Made by a program: the position numbers and the translations under genes. DNA of 64,000 nt, from the NCBI RefSeq assembly GCF_006345805.1, contig NW_021832128.1, forward strand, positions 62,001 through 126,000, in the 5' to 3' direction. Of the stretch, positions 63,218 to 64,000 are shown in pieces (position 1 is the first letter of the stretch; every line of letters starts with the position of its first letter). Under the pieces are notes generated by a model. The model ran no database searches. It saw nothing but the letters and a program-made list of their open reading frames with translations, and was not told where the DNA came from. This DNA is from Octopus sinensis (lineage: Eukaryota).

Positions 63218-64000
63218 GGATCTTTTCGGTTTGAACGGCAGTTTTTAACATAAATTTCTAGGTAACTAAATAATTTTAAACTTCGTATACTGGTAGAATG
63301 TGTTTATAAAACATCATTTTCTCTTGGCTTTATTGAGAAAATTCTATAGATTGTAACATATTTGGTCTTTAATTTCTTGCATTTCAGCAATTTTAACCAA
63401 TCACTAGCGTCCATTTAGGTAAATAACATTCTGTGCATAATGAATATGTCCCTCCTTTAAGAAACAGATTGGGTTTATTTACATTTGTGAAGAAAAAAGA
63501 TACCCGTCTCCCACCCCTAACCCTAACTAACCCTAACTCACCCTAACTCTAACCCTAAATCTAAAATAGATTGAAATGCAATAGATCGATACTAGGTTAT
63601 AATTATGGGTGACAATTTCATACAACACCGCTATAAAAAACTTAGCGGTGTCGTATGAAATTGTCACCCATAATTATAACCCTGGTATCGATCTACTGCA
63701 TTTCAATCTATTTTAGATTTAGGGTGAGTTAGAGTTAGTTAGGGTTAGGGTTAGGGGTGAGAGAAGGGTATCTTTTTTCTTCACAAATGTAAATAAACCC
63801 AATCTATTTCTTAAAGGAGGGACATATTCATTATGCACAGAATATTATTTACATCAATGGAGGTAATTGATTGGTTAAAATTGCCAAAATGCAAGAAATT
63901 TTAGACAAAATATGTTACAACCTAGAGAATTTTCTCGAATAAAGCCAAGAGAAAATGATGTTTTATAAACACATTCTACCAGTATACGAAGTTTAAAATT
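63218..64000. mobile_element. Second foldback element (family of 27610-28421), cut by the window end
   Basis: Starts GGATCTTTTC; arms meet at 63633/63643 across a 9-nt spacer; CCCTAA/TTAGGG tracts. Confidence 0.9.

Overview
64 kb of AT-rich, transposon-saturated animal DNA with no supportable host protein-coding gene, rRNA, tRNA gene or CRISPR array. The repeat content suggests an octopus or other coleoid mollusc; this is inference from RTE LINEs with (GAT)n tails, a tRNA-derived SINE and TTAGGG-type repeats. Nearly all ORF-track hits are decayed TE coding or microsatellite read-through. Recognisable elements: Tx1/L1, RTE (two types), R4/Dong-like, CR1 and CRE-like non-LTR retroelements; Penelope-like elements (PLE); three Gypsy remnants, one with an intact GC-rich 498-aa RNase H-integrase ORF; two mariners; two hATs with perfect 8-bp TSDs; and Helitron pieces. 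The most interesting signals are structural. (1) Five hammerhead-ribozyme-like motifs in four sequence families, with the self-complementary stem III typical of PLE dimer-cleaving hammerheads (decayed in two copies); two carry unusual 90-140 nt insertions in stem-loop II and have no adjacent PLE ORF. (2) A 4-kb block of abutting palindromes (27.6-31.6 kb), including a foldback element with telomere-like repeats, next to a 100%-identical 428-bp duplication. (3) A 119-nt pre-miRNA-like hairpin in a CpG-retaining, TE-poor island near 56.9 kb. Boundaries of decayed elements are approximate; all alignments and folds were done by eye.
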